Positions 28,412 through 38,142 of a DNA stretch of 64,000 nt are shown in pieces. Numbering within the stretch: position 1 is the first letter of the stretch; each line of letters begins with the position of its first letter. The stretch is from Sphingomonas sp. (GTDB lineage: Bacteria > Pseudomonadota > Alphaproteobacteria > Sphingomonadales > Sphingomonadaceae), in NCBI GenBank assembly GCA_035538935.1, contig DATLJH010000009.1:18378-82377 (forward strand), written 5' to 3'. The position numbers and the translations under genes are program-made. The notes under the pieces are model-generated. The model did not search any database. It was not told the origin of the DNA and was given only the letters and a program-made list of their open reading frames with translations.

Positions 28412-29800
28412 TCACCTGATCACCGAGAGCGGCTGGCCATTGACGCGCACGTCCGATACGCGGAGGCCGCGGACGCCTTTGGCCAACAACGCCGCTCGAT
28501 CGCGATCGGTGACCGTCACGTCAATCCTCCTGAGCGTGACGTCGGAGACCCTGGTCAGTTTCGTCGTCGTCAGATCGCCGAAGCCGCGGGTAGTGCCGGT
28601 GACGTCCTCGATCACCAGATCGCGGATCACATGTGCCGGCGGCGAGGGCGGCACCTTGATGCCATGATCGGGCTCGACCGTGACGATCAGGCCCTCGACC
28701 GGCCCGTCGCCCTGATCGGGGCCGAGTGGCGGCGGCGCGCCGTAGAAGATCTCCCCGCCGTGCCAGATGCCCTGCGGGCGTTCGTGGAGGCGCACGCCCT
28801 TGACGCGGATGCGCTCGTAAAGCTGGCCCGGCGTGTCCGGCCGCAGCTTGAAGCGGACCAGCGGTTGGTCGCCCGAGCAATCGCAATTCTCGACGCGGAT
28901 GTCGCGGACGGTGGTGGCGTTGGTGCCGAAGACGATCGCGCCGAGCCCGGCCTCGAAGGTGCAGTCGTGCACGTGGACGCGTTCGACCGGCGGCGCCTCG
29001 GTGAAGGCGCGGGCATGGCGGCCCTGGGTGCCCTTGAACACGATCGAATCGTCGTCGACCGAATAATGGCAGCGGCGGATGGTGACGTCCTGGCAGCTGT
29101 CGAGATCGGTGCCGTCGCTGCTCGGCGCGCGAATCTTGTGGGGCACGTCGAACCGGCAATCCTCGACCAGCACCTTGCGGCAGCGGTAGAAATGGACGTT
29201 CCAGAAGGCCGGATCGCGGAAGTGCACGCCGGCGATCGCGACATCATCGCAATCCTGGATGAAGCAGAGTTGGGGCAAATGGTATTTGACCTCGGTGCCG
29301 GCGTAGAATTCGGGCTTCATCTCGAAGAAGCGGTGCCAGAAGGGCGAGCCGCTGCCGTCGATCATGCCCGGGCCGGTGATGCGCAAGCCGTGCGCGCCGC
29401 GCGCGTTGATCAGCGCCCAGCGCAGCGCCTCGGGCTGCACCTCGACGAAGCGGCGCAGCGTCAGCGGATAATCGGCGAGGTCGGTCGATCCCTTGAGCAC
29501 CGCATCCTTGCGCAGCGCGAGGTGGACGCCGGGCTTGAGGAACAGCGAGCCGCTGACGAACACGCCCGCGGGAATGACGATCGTGCCGCCGCCGGCAGCG
29601 GCGCAGGCGTCGATCGCGCGCTGGATCGCGCGGGTGTTGACCGTGGCGCCGTCGCCCACCGCGCCGTGATCGGTAATGAGCACTTCGCGGGGCGCGCGTG
29701 CCAGCAGCGGCGCACCCATGACCGCGCATGTCATTCCAGTTGCCGCCGTGCGCAGGATGGCACGCCGGGACGGAGCGATCGGCTGGGCGATGTCGAACAT
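28412..29800 (-). CDS. GH28 pectin-active glycoside hydrolase, Tat-exported
   Basis: SRRAIL Tat motif; GAVGDGATVNTRAIQRAIDAC, IPAGVFVSGSLFLK, PSSDGTDL, DDSIVFKG, RFK. Confidence 0.85.
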   Translation of the reverse strand: MFDIAQPIAPSRRAILRTAATGMTCAVMGAPLLARAPREVLITDHGAVGDGATVNTRAIQRAIDACAAAGGGTIVIPAGVFVSGSLFLKPGVHLALRKDAVLKGSTDLADYPLTLRRFVEVQPEALRWALINARGAHGLRITGPGMIDGSGSPFWHRFFEMKPEFYAGTEVKYHLPQLCFIQDCDDVAIAGVHFRDPAFWNVHFYRCRKVLVEDCRFDVPHKIRAPSSDGTDLDSCQDVTIRRCHYSVDDDSIVFKGTQGRHARAFTEAPPVERVHVHDCTFEAGLGAIVFGTNATTVRDIRVENCDCSGDQPLVRFKLRPDTPGQLYERIRVKGVRLHERPQGIWHGGEIFYGAPPPLGPDQGDGPVEGLIVTVEPDHGIKVPPSPPAHVIRDLVIEDVTGTTRGFGDLTTTKLTRVSDVTLRRIDVTVTDRDRAALLAKGVRGLRVSDVRVNGQPLSVIR

Positions 29801-29912
29801 GGTTGCGGCCTCCCCTGATTCTTCAATTCCTCATACTGATATATCAGTGGACGATGCAAGCCATCTGACCTATATGATCGCGGAAACCCGAAGATTCCGG
29901 AATTACGCGAAG

Positions 29913-31424
29913 ATGTCTGATATCTCGTCGGCGGCTGCGCCCGCCATTCTGCGCGTCGATCCGCGCGATCATGTCGCGACCGCCTTGCGCGATCTCGTGG
30001 TGGGCGAAACCGTGCGCGCGGGCGATGTCGCGGTTGAAGTAGTCGATCCCGTCCCCACTGGCCACAAGATCGCGCTCCAGCCGATCGCGGCGGGGGCGCC
30101 GATCGTCAAGCTCGGCTGGCCCTTCGCGCGGGCCGAGCGCGCGATCGCGCCCGGCGAGCACGTCCATACCCACAATGCGCGCACGCTGCTCGAGGGCAAG
30201 GAAGCGTATCGCTACGCGCCCGCGGCGGCCGAGCCCGCCGACGCGCGGGCTGCCGACCGCACCTTCATGGGCTATCGCCGCGCGTCGGGCGCGGCCGGTA
30301 CGCGCAACGAGATCTGGATCCTGTGTACCGTCGGTTGCGTCGGCGGCACCGCGCGGCGGCTCGCGGAGCGGGCGACCGCGCGCTTCGCCGGGCGCGTCGA
30401 CGGCATCCACGCCTTCCCGCACCCGTTCGGCTGCTCGCAGCTCGGCGACGATCTCGCGCACACGCGCCAGATGCTCGCAAGCCTCGCGCAGCATCCCAAT
30501 GCGGGCGGCGTGCTGATCGTCGGGCTGGGGTGCGAGAACAACCAGCTCGACGCGCTGCTCGCCGCCGCGCCTGGGCTCGATGCGACCCGCATGCGCTCAT
30601 TCACGACGCAGATGGTGGCGGATGAATACGAAACCGGGCTCGATCTGATCGAGGAACTGGTCGCGATCGCCGAGCAGGACGTGCGCGTGCCGGTGCCGCT
30701 GTCGGAGCTGGTGCTGGGCCTCAAATGCGGCGGCTCGGACGGCTTTTCGGGGGTTTCGTCCAATCCGGTCGTGGGGCGCGTCGCCGATGCGGTAGCGGGC
30801 GCGGGCGGCACGCCGATCCTCACCGAAATTCCCGAAATCTTCGGCGCCGAACGCCTGCTGATGGCGCGCGCGCGCGACGAACAGGTCTTCGAAAAGATCG
30901 TCGGCGTAGTCGATGATTTCAAACAATATTTCCTCGATCACGGCCAGCCGATCTACGAAAATCCGTCGCCCGGCAACAAGGCGGGCGGGATCACCACGCT
31001 CGACGAGAAATCGCTGGGCGCGGTGCAGAAGGCGGGGCGAGCGCCCGTGGTCGACGTGCTGCGCTATGGCGAGCGCGTGCATGGCCATGGGCTGGCGCTG
31101 CTCGAAGCGCCGGGCAACGACGCCGTGTCCTCGACCGCGCTGACGGCGGCGGGGGCGACGCTGATCCTGTTCACCACCGGGCGCGGCACGCCGATGGGCT
31201 TTCCGGCGCCGACGCTCAAGATTTCGTCCAACAGCACGATCGCCGCACGCAAGCCCGGCTGGATCGATTTCGACGCGGGCACGGTGCTCGCCGGCGAACC
31301 GATCGACGCCGCCGCCGATCGGCTGCTAGACCTCGTGATCGAGGCCGCCTCAGGCGCGCCGACGCGCGCCGAGATCAACGGCGAGCGCGAGATCGCGCTG
31401 TGGAAGCAGGGCGTGACGGTTTAG
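29913..31424 (+). CDS. uxaA: Altronate dehydratase (UxaA/GarD family)
   Basis: N-terminal SAF domain (DHVATAL, GHKIAL, HVHTHN), HPFGCSQLG, GLGCENN, LKCGGSDG, NPSPGNKAGGITT, FTTGRGTP. Confidence 0.88.
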   Translation: MSDISSAAAPAILRVDPRDHVATALRDLVVGETVRAGDVAVEVVDPVPTGHKIALQPIAAGAPIVKLGWPFARAERAIAPGEHVHTHNARTLLEGKEAYRYAPAAAEPADARAADRTFMGYRRASGAAGTRNEIWILCTVGCVGGTARRLAERATARFAGRVDGIHAFPHPFGCSQLGDDLAHTRQMLASLAQHPNAGGVLIVGLGCENNQLDALLAAAPGLDATRMRSFTTQMVADEYETGLDLIEELVAIAEQDVRVPVPLSELVLGLKCGGSDGFSGVSSNPVVGRVADAVAGAGGTPILTEIPEIFGAERLLMARARDEQVFEKIVGVVDDFKQYFLDHGQPIYENPSPGNKAGGITTLDEKSLGAVQKAGRAPVVDVLRYGERVHGHGLALLEAPGNDAVSSTALTAAGATLILFTTGRGTPMGFPAPTLKISSNSTIAARKPGWIDFDAGTVLAGEPIDAAADRLLDLVIEAASGAPTRAEINGEREIALWKQGVTV

Positions 31425-31512
31425 GTTCTGTTTCAGCGTTGCTGAAACGGTTGCGGCACTGGCCAGCATTGGGTCGGTGCCGTGCCAGCGACGCTGAGAA
31501 CATCTTCCGCGC

Positions 31513-32289
31513 TCAGGTCGCGCGGCCGTGCCAGCCGAGCCCTGTCGAAATCTGCTGCGCCGCGCGGCCCGCGAGAGCCTGGGCGGCGTCGATCGGCACA
31601 GGGTGAGATCCGTCGATGCGTTCGAGGAAGGGGATGGTGAGCGCGGCGGCGATGCGGCCGTCGAAGCCGAAGACCGGAAAGCTGATGTCGATCACGCCGT
31701 AGGTCATCGGGCTGGCGCGCCGTTCGTGGCCGCGCGCGCGGATGGCGGCGAGCGTCGCGCCGAGCGACGCGATGTCGGCGGGCGTGCCGTCCGCGTCGAG
31801 CGGCAGGATCGCGGGCAGGCGCTCCTCTTCGGCGAAGGCGATCAGCACGTTGCCCGAGCAGCTCCTGAGCAGGTCCACGCGCGCGCCGAGCCGTACACCG
31901 AAGCTCGTCGGCCCCGGATTTTCCTGCCGCGCGACGACGAGGCCGCTCCCTTCGCTGGCGACGACCAGATGGCACGATTGCGCGGCGGCATGCGCGAGCG
32001 TGAACAGGATCGGCGCGGCAACGTGCGTCAGGTTCTGCACAGGCGTCGCGCGATAGGCGATGTCGAGCACCTTGTAGGCGACGCTGTAGCGATCCGAATC
32101 GGGATCCTTGCGCAGATAGCCGCGCCGTTCCATCACGATGATCAGGCGGAACAGCTCGTTGATCGTGCGATCGAGCCGGGTCGCGATCTCCGAGATAGTG
32201 AGCCCCTCGGGCGCGTCGGCGAGCAGCTCGAAGACGTCGAATGCCTTTTCGAGCGCGGGCGCGGCATAGGTGGTCTTGCGCTTCTCCAT
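31513..32289 (-). CDS. IclR-family transcriptional regulator
   Basis: YAAPALEKAFDVFELLA HTH, SCSGNVLIAF, GVIDISFPVF. Confidence 0.9.
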   Translation of the reverse strand: MEKRKTTYAAPALEKAFDVFELLADAPEGLTISEIATRLDRTINELFRLIIVMERRGYLRKDPDSDRYSVAYKVLDIAYRATPVQNLTHVAAPILFTLAHAAAQSCHLVVASEGSGLVVARQENPGPTSFGVRLGARVDLLRSCSGNVLIAFAEEERLPAILPLDADGTPADIASLGATLAAIRARGHERRASPMTYGVIDISFPVFGFDGRIAAALTIPFLERIDGSHPVPIDAAQALAGRAAQQISTGLGWHGRAT

Positions 32290-32296
32290 GGCCCTC

Positions 32297-33640
32297 TCAA
32301 TGCAGCGGCGAGGCAGCGGGACCGGGGTCGATCCGCAGCCGCTCGACGCGATGCGTGCGCTGCGCATAGAGCGCCACCACGACGAAGCACAGCCCCGGCA
32401 GCAGCATCGCATGCTGGATGTGTCCGGTCACCTGCGAGGCGAGCCCCATCAGCGGCGGGAATACCGCGCCGCCGATGATCGCCATGATGATCAGCGGCGC
32501 GCCCAGCATCGCGCGATCGCCCAGGTCTTTCACGCCCAGCGAGAAGATCGTCGGGAACATGATCGACATGAAGAAGCTGGTCAGCGTCAGCGCGCCGACC
32601 GCGACCATCCCGCCCGCGAACGCGGCGATCACCGCGAGCGCGACGTTGATGACCGCGAACACCGTCAGCAGCCGCGTGGCCGCGATCCGCTGCATCAACG
32701 CGGTGCCGATGAAGCGGCCCGACATGAACAGGATCAGGCTCAAGGAGAGTAGGAATGCGGCGGTGCGCTCGGGCGTTTCGGGGGTCAGTTCCTTCACGAA
32801 ATCGATGAAGAAGCTCCACACGCCGACCTGCGCGCCGACATAGAAGAATTGCGCGATCACCGCGCCCGCGAGCGCCGGCTCGCCCAGCACCGAGGCCAGC
32901 CCCGAAACGGTGCCGGTGGGCGAGCGATCGTGGCTGATCTTCGGCAGCTTGACGAGCGCGACCGCGATGCCGACGCAGATCACGATTCCCGCGAGCGTCA
33001 GATAGGGGGCCTGCACCATCTGCGCTTCGGACGCGCGCCAGGCGGCAAGCTGCGCGGGCGTCATCGCGGCGAGATCGGCCGCGCTGTGCTCGATCCCGGA
33101 GAAAATGAAGACGCCGCCGATGATCGGGGCAAGAAATCCGCCGAAGCCGTTGAACGCCTGAGCGAAATTGAGCCGTTGCGAGGCGCGGCCCGGATCGCCG
33201 AACGCGACGATATAGGGGTTGGCGGCGGTCTCCAGGAACGCCGCGCCAGAGGCGATCACGAACAGCGCCGCCAGGAATACGCCGTAGACGCGAATTTCGG
33301 CCGCCGGGTAGAAGAGCAGCGCGCCCGCCGCATAGAGGCCGAGCCCGCACAAGATGCCCGCGCGATAGCCGAAGCGGCGCATCAGCATTCCCGCGGGCAG
33401 CGCCATCAGGAAATAGCCGAGATAGAAGACGAACTGGATGAACCCCGCTTCGGCGCGGTTGAGATCGAGCGCCTTCTGGAACTGGCGGATCAGGATATCA
33501 TTGAAATTGTTAGCGATAGCCCAGAGGAAGAACAGGCTCGTCACCAGCGCGAAGCCGAGCGCATAGCCCTGGGTGATGAAGCGGCCGGTCGCGGGCTGGC
33601 TGGTCTCGGCGCCGTCGATCGGCGCGGCGGTGATTCCCAT
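32297..33640 (-). CDS. fucP: FucP-family sugar:H+ symporter
   Basis: LFFLWAIANNFNDILI, FYLGYF, LETAANPY, QRLNFAQAFNG, QFFYVGAQVGVWSF, SIMFPTIFSLG. Substrate may not be fucose. Confidence 0.88.
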   Translation of the reverse strand: MGITAAPIDGAETSQPATGRFITQGYALGFALVTSLFFLWAIANNFNDILIRQFQKALDLNRAEAGFIQFVFYLGYFLMALPAGMLMRRFGYRAGILCGLGLYAAGALLFYPAAEIRVYGVFLAALFVIASGAAFLETAANPYIVAFGDPGRASQRLNFAQAFNGFGGFLAPIIGGVFIFSGIEHSAADLAAMTPAQLAAWRASEAQMVQAPYLTLAGIVICVGIAVALVKLPKISHDRSPTGTVSGLASVLGEPALAGAVIAQFFYVGAQVGVWSFFIDFVKELTPETPERTAAFLLSLSLILFMSGRFIGTALMQRIAATRLLTVFAVINVALAVIAAFAGGMVAVGALTLTSFFMSIMFPTIFSLGVKDLGDRAMLGAPLIIMAIIGGAVFPPLMGLASQVTGHIQHAMLLPGLCFVVVALYAQRTHRVERLRIDPGPAASPLH

Positions 33641-33675
33641 CATCCTCTCCTTCGGTGCCCTCATGGAGCACATTC

Positions 33676-33752
33676 GCATTCCTGCGAAAGCAGGAATCCA
33701 GGGCCGCACGCGATGCGTCGAGACTTCCAGGCTCCTGCTTTCGCAGAAGCGC
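33676..33752. repeat. REP-like palindromic doublet
   Basis: GCATTCCTGCGAAAGCAGGAATCCA ... CAGGCTCCTGCTTTCGCAGAAGCGC, an alphaproteobacterial REP-type pair. Confidence 0.7.
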
Positions 33753-33762
33753 GGCCCCGTTT

Positions 33763-34773
33763 CTACACCGTAACGATCGCTTTCAGCACCGCGCCCTGGT
33801 TCGCGATCAGCTCGGGCACGCGCGCGGGCGCCTCGGCGAGCGGGAAGGCGTGGGTGCGGATCGCCTGCGTCGGGATGTCGCCCGCGCGGATCGCCTCGAT
33901 CACGGCGCGGAAATCCTCGTGCGTGGCGTTGCGACTGCCGATCAGGCGCATCTCGCGCTTGTGGAATTCGGGGTCGGCGAAGGTGATGTCCTGCTTGACC
34001 ACGCTCACCAGCACGTAGGAGCCGCCATGCGCGACCCAGGCGAACCCCTTTTCCATCGCGCGCGCATTGCCGGTGGCGTCGAAGACGAGATCGAAGAACT
34101 CGCCGTCGGTCCTGGCGTCGAGCGCCGCGTCGATGCCGTCGTCGACGAGGATCGTGTCGGGAAGAAGAATCGCGTCGCGCGCATAAGCGAGCCGCGCCGC
34201 GCTGGTATCGGCGATCGTCACCTCGGCGCCCGCGCGGCGCGCGAACAGCGCGACCGCGACGCCGATCGGCCCCGCGCCGACGACGAGCACGCGATCGCCC
34301 GCTTTGGTCTCGCCGCGCCGCACCGCATGCGCGCCGACCGACAGGAATTCGACCATCGCCGCCTGGTCGAGATCGAGATCGCCGACCGGGATCGCCGCCG
34401 CCTCCGGCACCGCGAGCAGTTCGCACATCCCGCCGTCGGCATGGACGCCGAGCACCGAGACAGAGACGCAGCAATTGGGCTTGCCCTTGCGACAGGCGAT
34501 GCACGTCCCGCAGGGCAGATAGGGGTTCACCGTCACGCGATCACCGGGCCGCAACGCGCTGTCCGGATCGGCCTCGGCGACGTCGCCTGCGAGTTCGTGG
34601 CCCATCACGCGCGGATAGGCGAGATAGGGCTGGTTGCCCGCGACGATGTGATAATCGGTGCCGCACAGCCCGATCCGCCGGATGCGGAGCAGCAATTCAC
34701 CCGGCCGCCGCGCAGGCGCGGATCGCTCCGCCAGCTCCAGCACGCCCGGACGCTCGCACACCACCGCTTTCAT
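33763..34773 (-). CDS. Zn-dependent MDR dehydrogenase, YjjN/LgoD-like (probable L-galactonate 5-dehydrogenase)
   Basis: GLCGTDYH, YPRVMGHE, PYLPCGTCIACRKGKPNCC, GVHADGGM, EFLSVGAHAVRR, GAGPIG, FHKREMRLIGSRNAT. Confidence 0.75.
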   Translation of the reverse strand: MKAVVCERPGVLELAERSAPARRPGELLLRIRRIGLCGTDYHIVAGNQPYLAYPRVMGHELAGDVAEADPDSALRPGDRVTVNPYLPCGTCIACRKGKPNCCVSVSVLGVHADGGMCELLAVPEAAAIPVGDLDLDQAAMVEFLSVGAHAVRRGETKAGDRVLVVGAGPIGVAVALFARRAGAEVTIADTSAARLAYARDAILLPDTILVDDGIDAALDARTDGEFFDLVFDATGNARAMEKGFAWVAHGGSYVLVSVVKQDITFADPEFHKREMRLIGSRNATHEDFRAVIEAIRAGDIPTQAIRTHAFPLAEAPARVPELIANQGAVLKAIVTV

Positions 34774-34791
34774 CGCCGTCCCTTCGCTTCC

Positions 34792-34818
34792 AGATATGAA
34801 AGGAGTTTTTTCATATCT
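34792..34818. promoter_or_regulatory. Palindromic candidate operator with TTTCATAT half-sites
   Basis: AGATATGAAA-N7-TTTCATATCT directly upstream of the dehydrogenase start. Confidence 0.5.
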
Positions 34819-34846
34819 CGCCGCCAAGGGCAAGCGAGTTATCTGA

Positions 34847-37189
34847 TTACTTGAAGTCGCGGGGGCCGAGTGTGATCGTGTCTCCCGGCGCGCAGCGGAC
34901 GCGCATCCGGCCGGCAGGGCTCGCCACCTCGACATCGAGCGGCTGTTCGGGATGGAGCGTCGCCGTCTCCACCGCGCCGCCGCGCCACGCGAGATCGACC
35001 ACGCACCCGCCGCGCACGCGCACGCCGTTGACCGCGCCGTCGCGCCAGCCTGGTGGCAGCGCGGGAAGCAGGTCGATCCGCGTGCCGTCGCTCTGCACCA
35101 GCATTTCGAGGATCCCCGCCGCGCCGCCGAAATTGCCGTCGATCTGGAACGGCGGGTGCGCGTCGAGCATGTCGGGATAGGTGCGCCCCGGCGACAGCAG
35201 GTCGATCAGGATGCGATGGGCATGCGCGCCGTCGCGCAGCCGCGCCCACAGGTTGAGCCGCCAGCCCAACCCCCAGCCGGTCGCCTCGTCGCCGCGTGTT
35301 TCGAGCGAGACGCGCGCGGCCGTCGCCAGATCGGGCGTCGCGGCGGGGCTGATCTGCAAGCTCGGATAGAGCGCGTAGAGGTGCGAAACGTGGCGGTGAT
35401 GCGGATCGGGCGCGTCGGCATCCCAATCAGCCTGCCATTCCTGGAGCTGGCCCGCCTTGCCGATCCTGAACGGCGCGAGCCGCGCGCGCATCGCCGCCAT
35501 GTCCTTGCGCAGCCCCGCGTCGCGCCCGAGCAGCGCGGCGGCGCGGCCGGTGCGGTCGAACAGGTCGCGCAGGATCGCCATGTCCATTGTCGGACCCGCG
35601 CACAGCGTGCTGCCGTGGCCGTGCTCGTTCTCGGGCGAGAGCGAGGGGTTGGTGACCATGAAGCCGGTGTGCGGATCGCGCACCAGCGTATCGAGGAAGA
35701 AGCGCGCCGCGCCCGCCATCAGCGGATAGATGCGCGCCAGATACGCGGCGTCGCGATGGAAATCCCAATGATCCCAGAGCTGGCAGGTGAGCCAGGCGCC
35801 GCCGGTGGGCCAGAGCCCCGTCTGCGCGTGATCGATCGGGCCCGAGGCGCGCCACAGATCGGTGTTGTGATGCGCCACCCAGCCGCGTGCCCCGTACATC
35901 TCCTTTGCCGTGCGCGCGCCGGAGACCGCCAGTTCCTCGACCATGCGCACCAGCGGCTCGATGCACTCGGGCAGGTTGGCGGTATCGACCGGCCAATAGT
36001 TCATCTCGGTATTGATGTTGATCGTGTATTTGGAGCCCCAGGGCGGCTGGTTGCTCTCGTTCCAGATACCCTGGAGGTTCGCGGGCTGACAGCCGGGGCG
36101 CGAGCTCGACAGCATCAGATAGCGCGCGAACTGGAAATAAAGCGCGGCGAGCGAGGGATCGTCGGCGTCGGCGGCGTGTTCGAGCCGCTGGTTGGTCGGC
36201 TGATCGGCGCGCTTGCCGCGCGGCAGATCGAGCGAGACGCGACGGAACAGGCGCTGATGCTCGGCGATGTGACGCGTGCGGAGCGCATCGAGAGGGATCG
36301 CCGCCGCGGCGTCGAGCGTGGCGCGCACCTTTTGAGCGGGATCGCCCGACACGTCGGTGGGGCCGCGAAAGCTGGTCGCGGCGGCAAACAGCAAAACGAG
36401 CGAGCGTGCCCCTGCGACGCGCAGCATCGGCCCGTCCGCGGCGATCGTGCCGCCCTCGCTGAGCAGCCGCGCGCGAGCCTCGAAGGTCAACCGCCCTGCG
36501 ATGCCGCGATCCTCGTTGTTGCGACCGCGCATCACCACATCGTGCGCGTGCGCGTGCGCGTCGATTCCGGCGCGCTGGCTCGAGCTGAGCGCGATGTCGG
36601 CCGTGATCGGGCCGCCCTCGGCGCGGATCGACACGACGATTACCTGATCGACCGGCGAGGCGAAGACCTCGCGCGTATAGGTGACGCCGCCCGAGGTGAA
36701 GCGGGTGCGCGCGATCGCGGTGTCGAGATCGAGCTCGCGCGCATAATGCTCGACACTCGTCTCGTTGACGTCGGCGAGGTCGATGTGGAGATCGCCCAGC
36801 GCCTGATACGCCATTTCGCGCATCGGCACCGCCTGCACCTCGGCGTCGGCGAGCGCTTCGGCCTCGGCGTAGCGGCCCGCGAAGATCAGGTTGCGCACCC
36901 TGGGAAGCGCGGCACGCGCTTTCGGGTTGACGTTCGAATAGGGGCCGCCCGACCAAAGCGTGTCCTCGTTGAGCTGCAGCCGCTCGCGCTTGATGCGTCC
37001 GAACACCATCGCGCCCAGCCGGCCGTTGCCGATCGGCAGCGCCTCGGTCCAGACGCTGGCCGGACTCGTATACCAGAGCAGCGAGCGGTGAACGGGCTCC
37101 GCCGCCGCGGTGGATGGCCCCGTTAGCGCGCCGGACGCGACAGGGGCGGCGAGCCCCGCTTGCAGGATTCCGCGTCGCGATAGCCGCAT
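34847..37189 (-). CDS. GH95 alpha-L-fucosidase / alpha-L-galactosidase, Tat-exported
   Basis: SRRGIL Tat motif; ALPIGNGRLGAMVFG, LQLNEDTLWSGG, QFARYLMLSSSRPG..PANLQGIWN, YTININTEMNYW, HRHVSHLYALYP, FQIDGNFGG. Confidence 0.93.
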   Translation of the reverse strand: MRLSRRGILQAGLAAPVASGALTGPSTAAAEPVHRSLLWYTSPASVWTEALPIGNGRLGAMVFGRIKRERLQLNEDTLWSGGPYSNVNPKARAALPRVRNLIFAGRYAEAEALADAEVQAVPMREMAYQALGDLHIDLADVNETSVEHYARELDLDTAIARTRFTSGGVTYTREVFASPVDQVIVVSIRAEGGPITADIALSSSQRAGIDAHAHAHDVVMRGRNNEDRGIAGRLTFEARARLLSEGGTIAADGPMLRVAGARSLVLLFAAATSFRGPTDVSGDPAQKVRATLDAAAAIPLDALRTRHIAEHQRLFRRVSLDLPRGKRADQPTNQRLEHAADADDPSLAALYFQFARYLMLSSSRPGCQPANLQGIWNESNQPPWGSKYTININTEMNYWPVDTANLPECIEPLVRMVEELAVSGARTAKEMYGARGWVAHHNTDLWRASGPIDHAQTGLWPTGGAWLTCQLWDHWDFHRDAAYLARIYPLMAGAARFFLDTLVRDPHTGFMVTNPSLSPENEHGHGSTLCAGPTMDMAILRDLFDRTGRAAALLGRDAGLRKDMAAMRARLAPFRIGKAGQLQEWQADWDADAPDPHHRHVSHLYALYPSLQISPAATPDLATAARVSLETRGDEATGWGLGWRLNLWARLRDGAHAHRILIDLLSPGRTYPDMLDAHPPFQIDGNFGGAAGILEMLVQSDGTRIDLLPALPPGWRDGAVNGVRVRGGCVVDLAWRGGAVETATLHPEQPLDVEVASPAGRMRVRCAPGDTITLGPRDFK

Positions 37190-37317
37190 TGTCCGCTCCC
37201 ATGGTTTTATATCTGATAACAACTTGCCGATTTGACAGCCCAATGCAACCGGCTTCGGCAGCGTGAGGCGGTGACAGGGTCGGGCCGATCAGATATCTCG
37301 CCGTGAAAGGAGACACG

Positions 37318-38076
37318 ATGGCCAGCCAGCCCGCCACCCCCAAACTTTATCAGGCGATCATCGCCGCACTCCAGGCGGATATCACCGCGGGCCGCTATGT
37401 GCCCGGCGACCGCCTGCCGCCCGAACGCGCGCTGGTCGAGCGGTTCGCCGTCAGCCGGCTGACGGTGCGCGAGGCGATGATCGGGATGGAGATCCTGGGG
37501 CTGGTCGAGGCACGGCGCGGCTCGGGCGTCTATGTCACCGAGCGGCCGAGCGGCGGACTTGCGGCGTCCGAGCTCGATGTCGGCGCCTTCGAGCTGATCG
37601 AGGCGCGCCGCCTGATTGAGGGCGAAAGCGCGGCACTGGCTGCCGTCACCGCCGATGAGGCCGCGATCGCCCGCCTGCGCGCGACGCTCGACGCGATGAT
37701 CGAGGAAAACAAGCACGACCTCCAGGACGAGACCGCCGACCGCGCCTTCCACTTCGAGATCGCGCGCGCCACCAACAACGCTGCGATGGTGCTGGTGATC
37801 GAAACCTTGTGGGACGTGCGCCATCGCTCGCCTTTGTGCGAGCGCATGCTCGCCCGCTCGCGCGCCGCGGGGATCAAACCGATGATCGACGATCATCGCG
37901 CGATCCTCGACGCCATCGCTGCGCATGACGGCCCTCGCGCGCGGCAGGCGATGCGCGGCCATCTGGGCCGCGTGATCGACAATCTGCTCGAGGCGACCGA
38001 ACTCGACGGCATCCGTCGCGTCCAGGCCGAGGCCGCCGAGCTGCGCACGCGCGCGGAACGGCTGACGGCGTTCTGA
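37318..38076 (+). CDS. GntR/FadR-family regulator (UxuR/ExuR-like)
   Basis: GDRLPPERALVERFAVSRLTVREAM, RRGSGVYV, FCD domain ADRAFHFEIARATNN. Confidence 0.92.
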   Translation: MASQPATPKLYQAIIAALQADITAGRYVPGDRLPPERALVERFAVSRLTVREAMIGMEILGLVEARRGSGVYVTERPSGGLAASELDVGAFELIEARRLIEGESAALAAVTADEAAIARLRATLDAMIEENKHDLQDETADRAFHFEIARATNNAAMVLVIETLWDVRHRSPLCERMLARSRAAGIKPMIDDHRAILDAIAAHDGPRARQAMRGHLGRVIDNLLEATELDGIRRVQAEAAELRTRAERLTAF

Positions 38077-38106
38077 TCGGCTCTTGCCTGTCAGTAGGCA
38101 TCGTGT

Positions 38107-38123
38107 AATTGGTCAGACAACTT
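38107..38123. promoter_or_regulatory. Candidate FadR-type operator
   Basis: AATTGGTCAGACAACTT matches the TGGTCNGACCA/TTGTCNGACAA pattern of FadR-subfamily sites; lies just upstream of manD. Confidence 0.55.
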
Positions 38124-38142
38124 GAATCGAAAGGATGGATGC

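Noticed and set aside
32297-34504. 735 aa ORF suggesting a long FucP fusion
   Set aside because: The extension overlaps the Zn-dehydrogenase out of frame and runs through a REP element (WIPAFAGM peptide); there is a good RBS before 33640.
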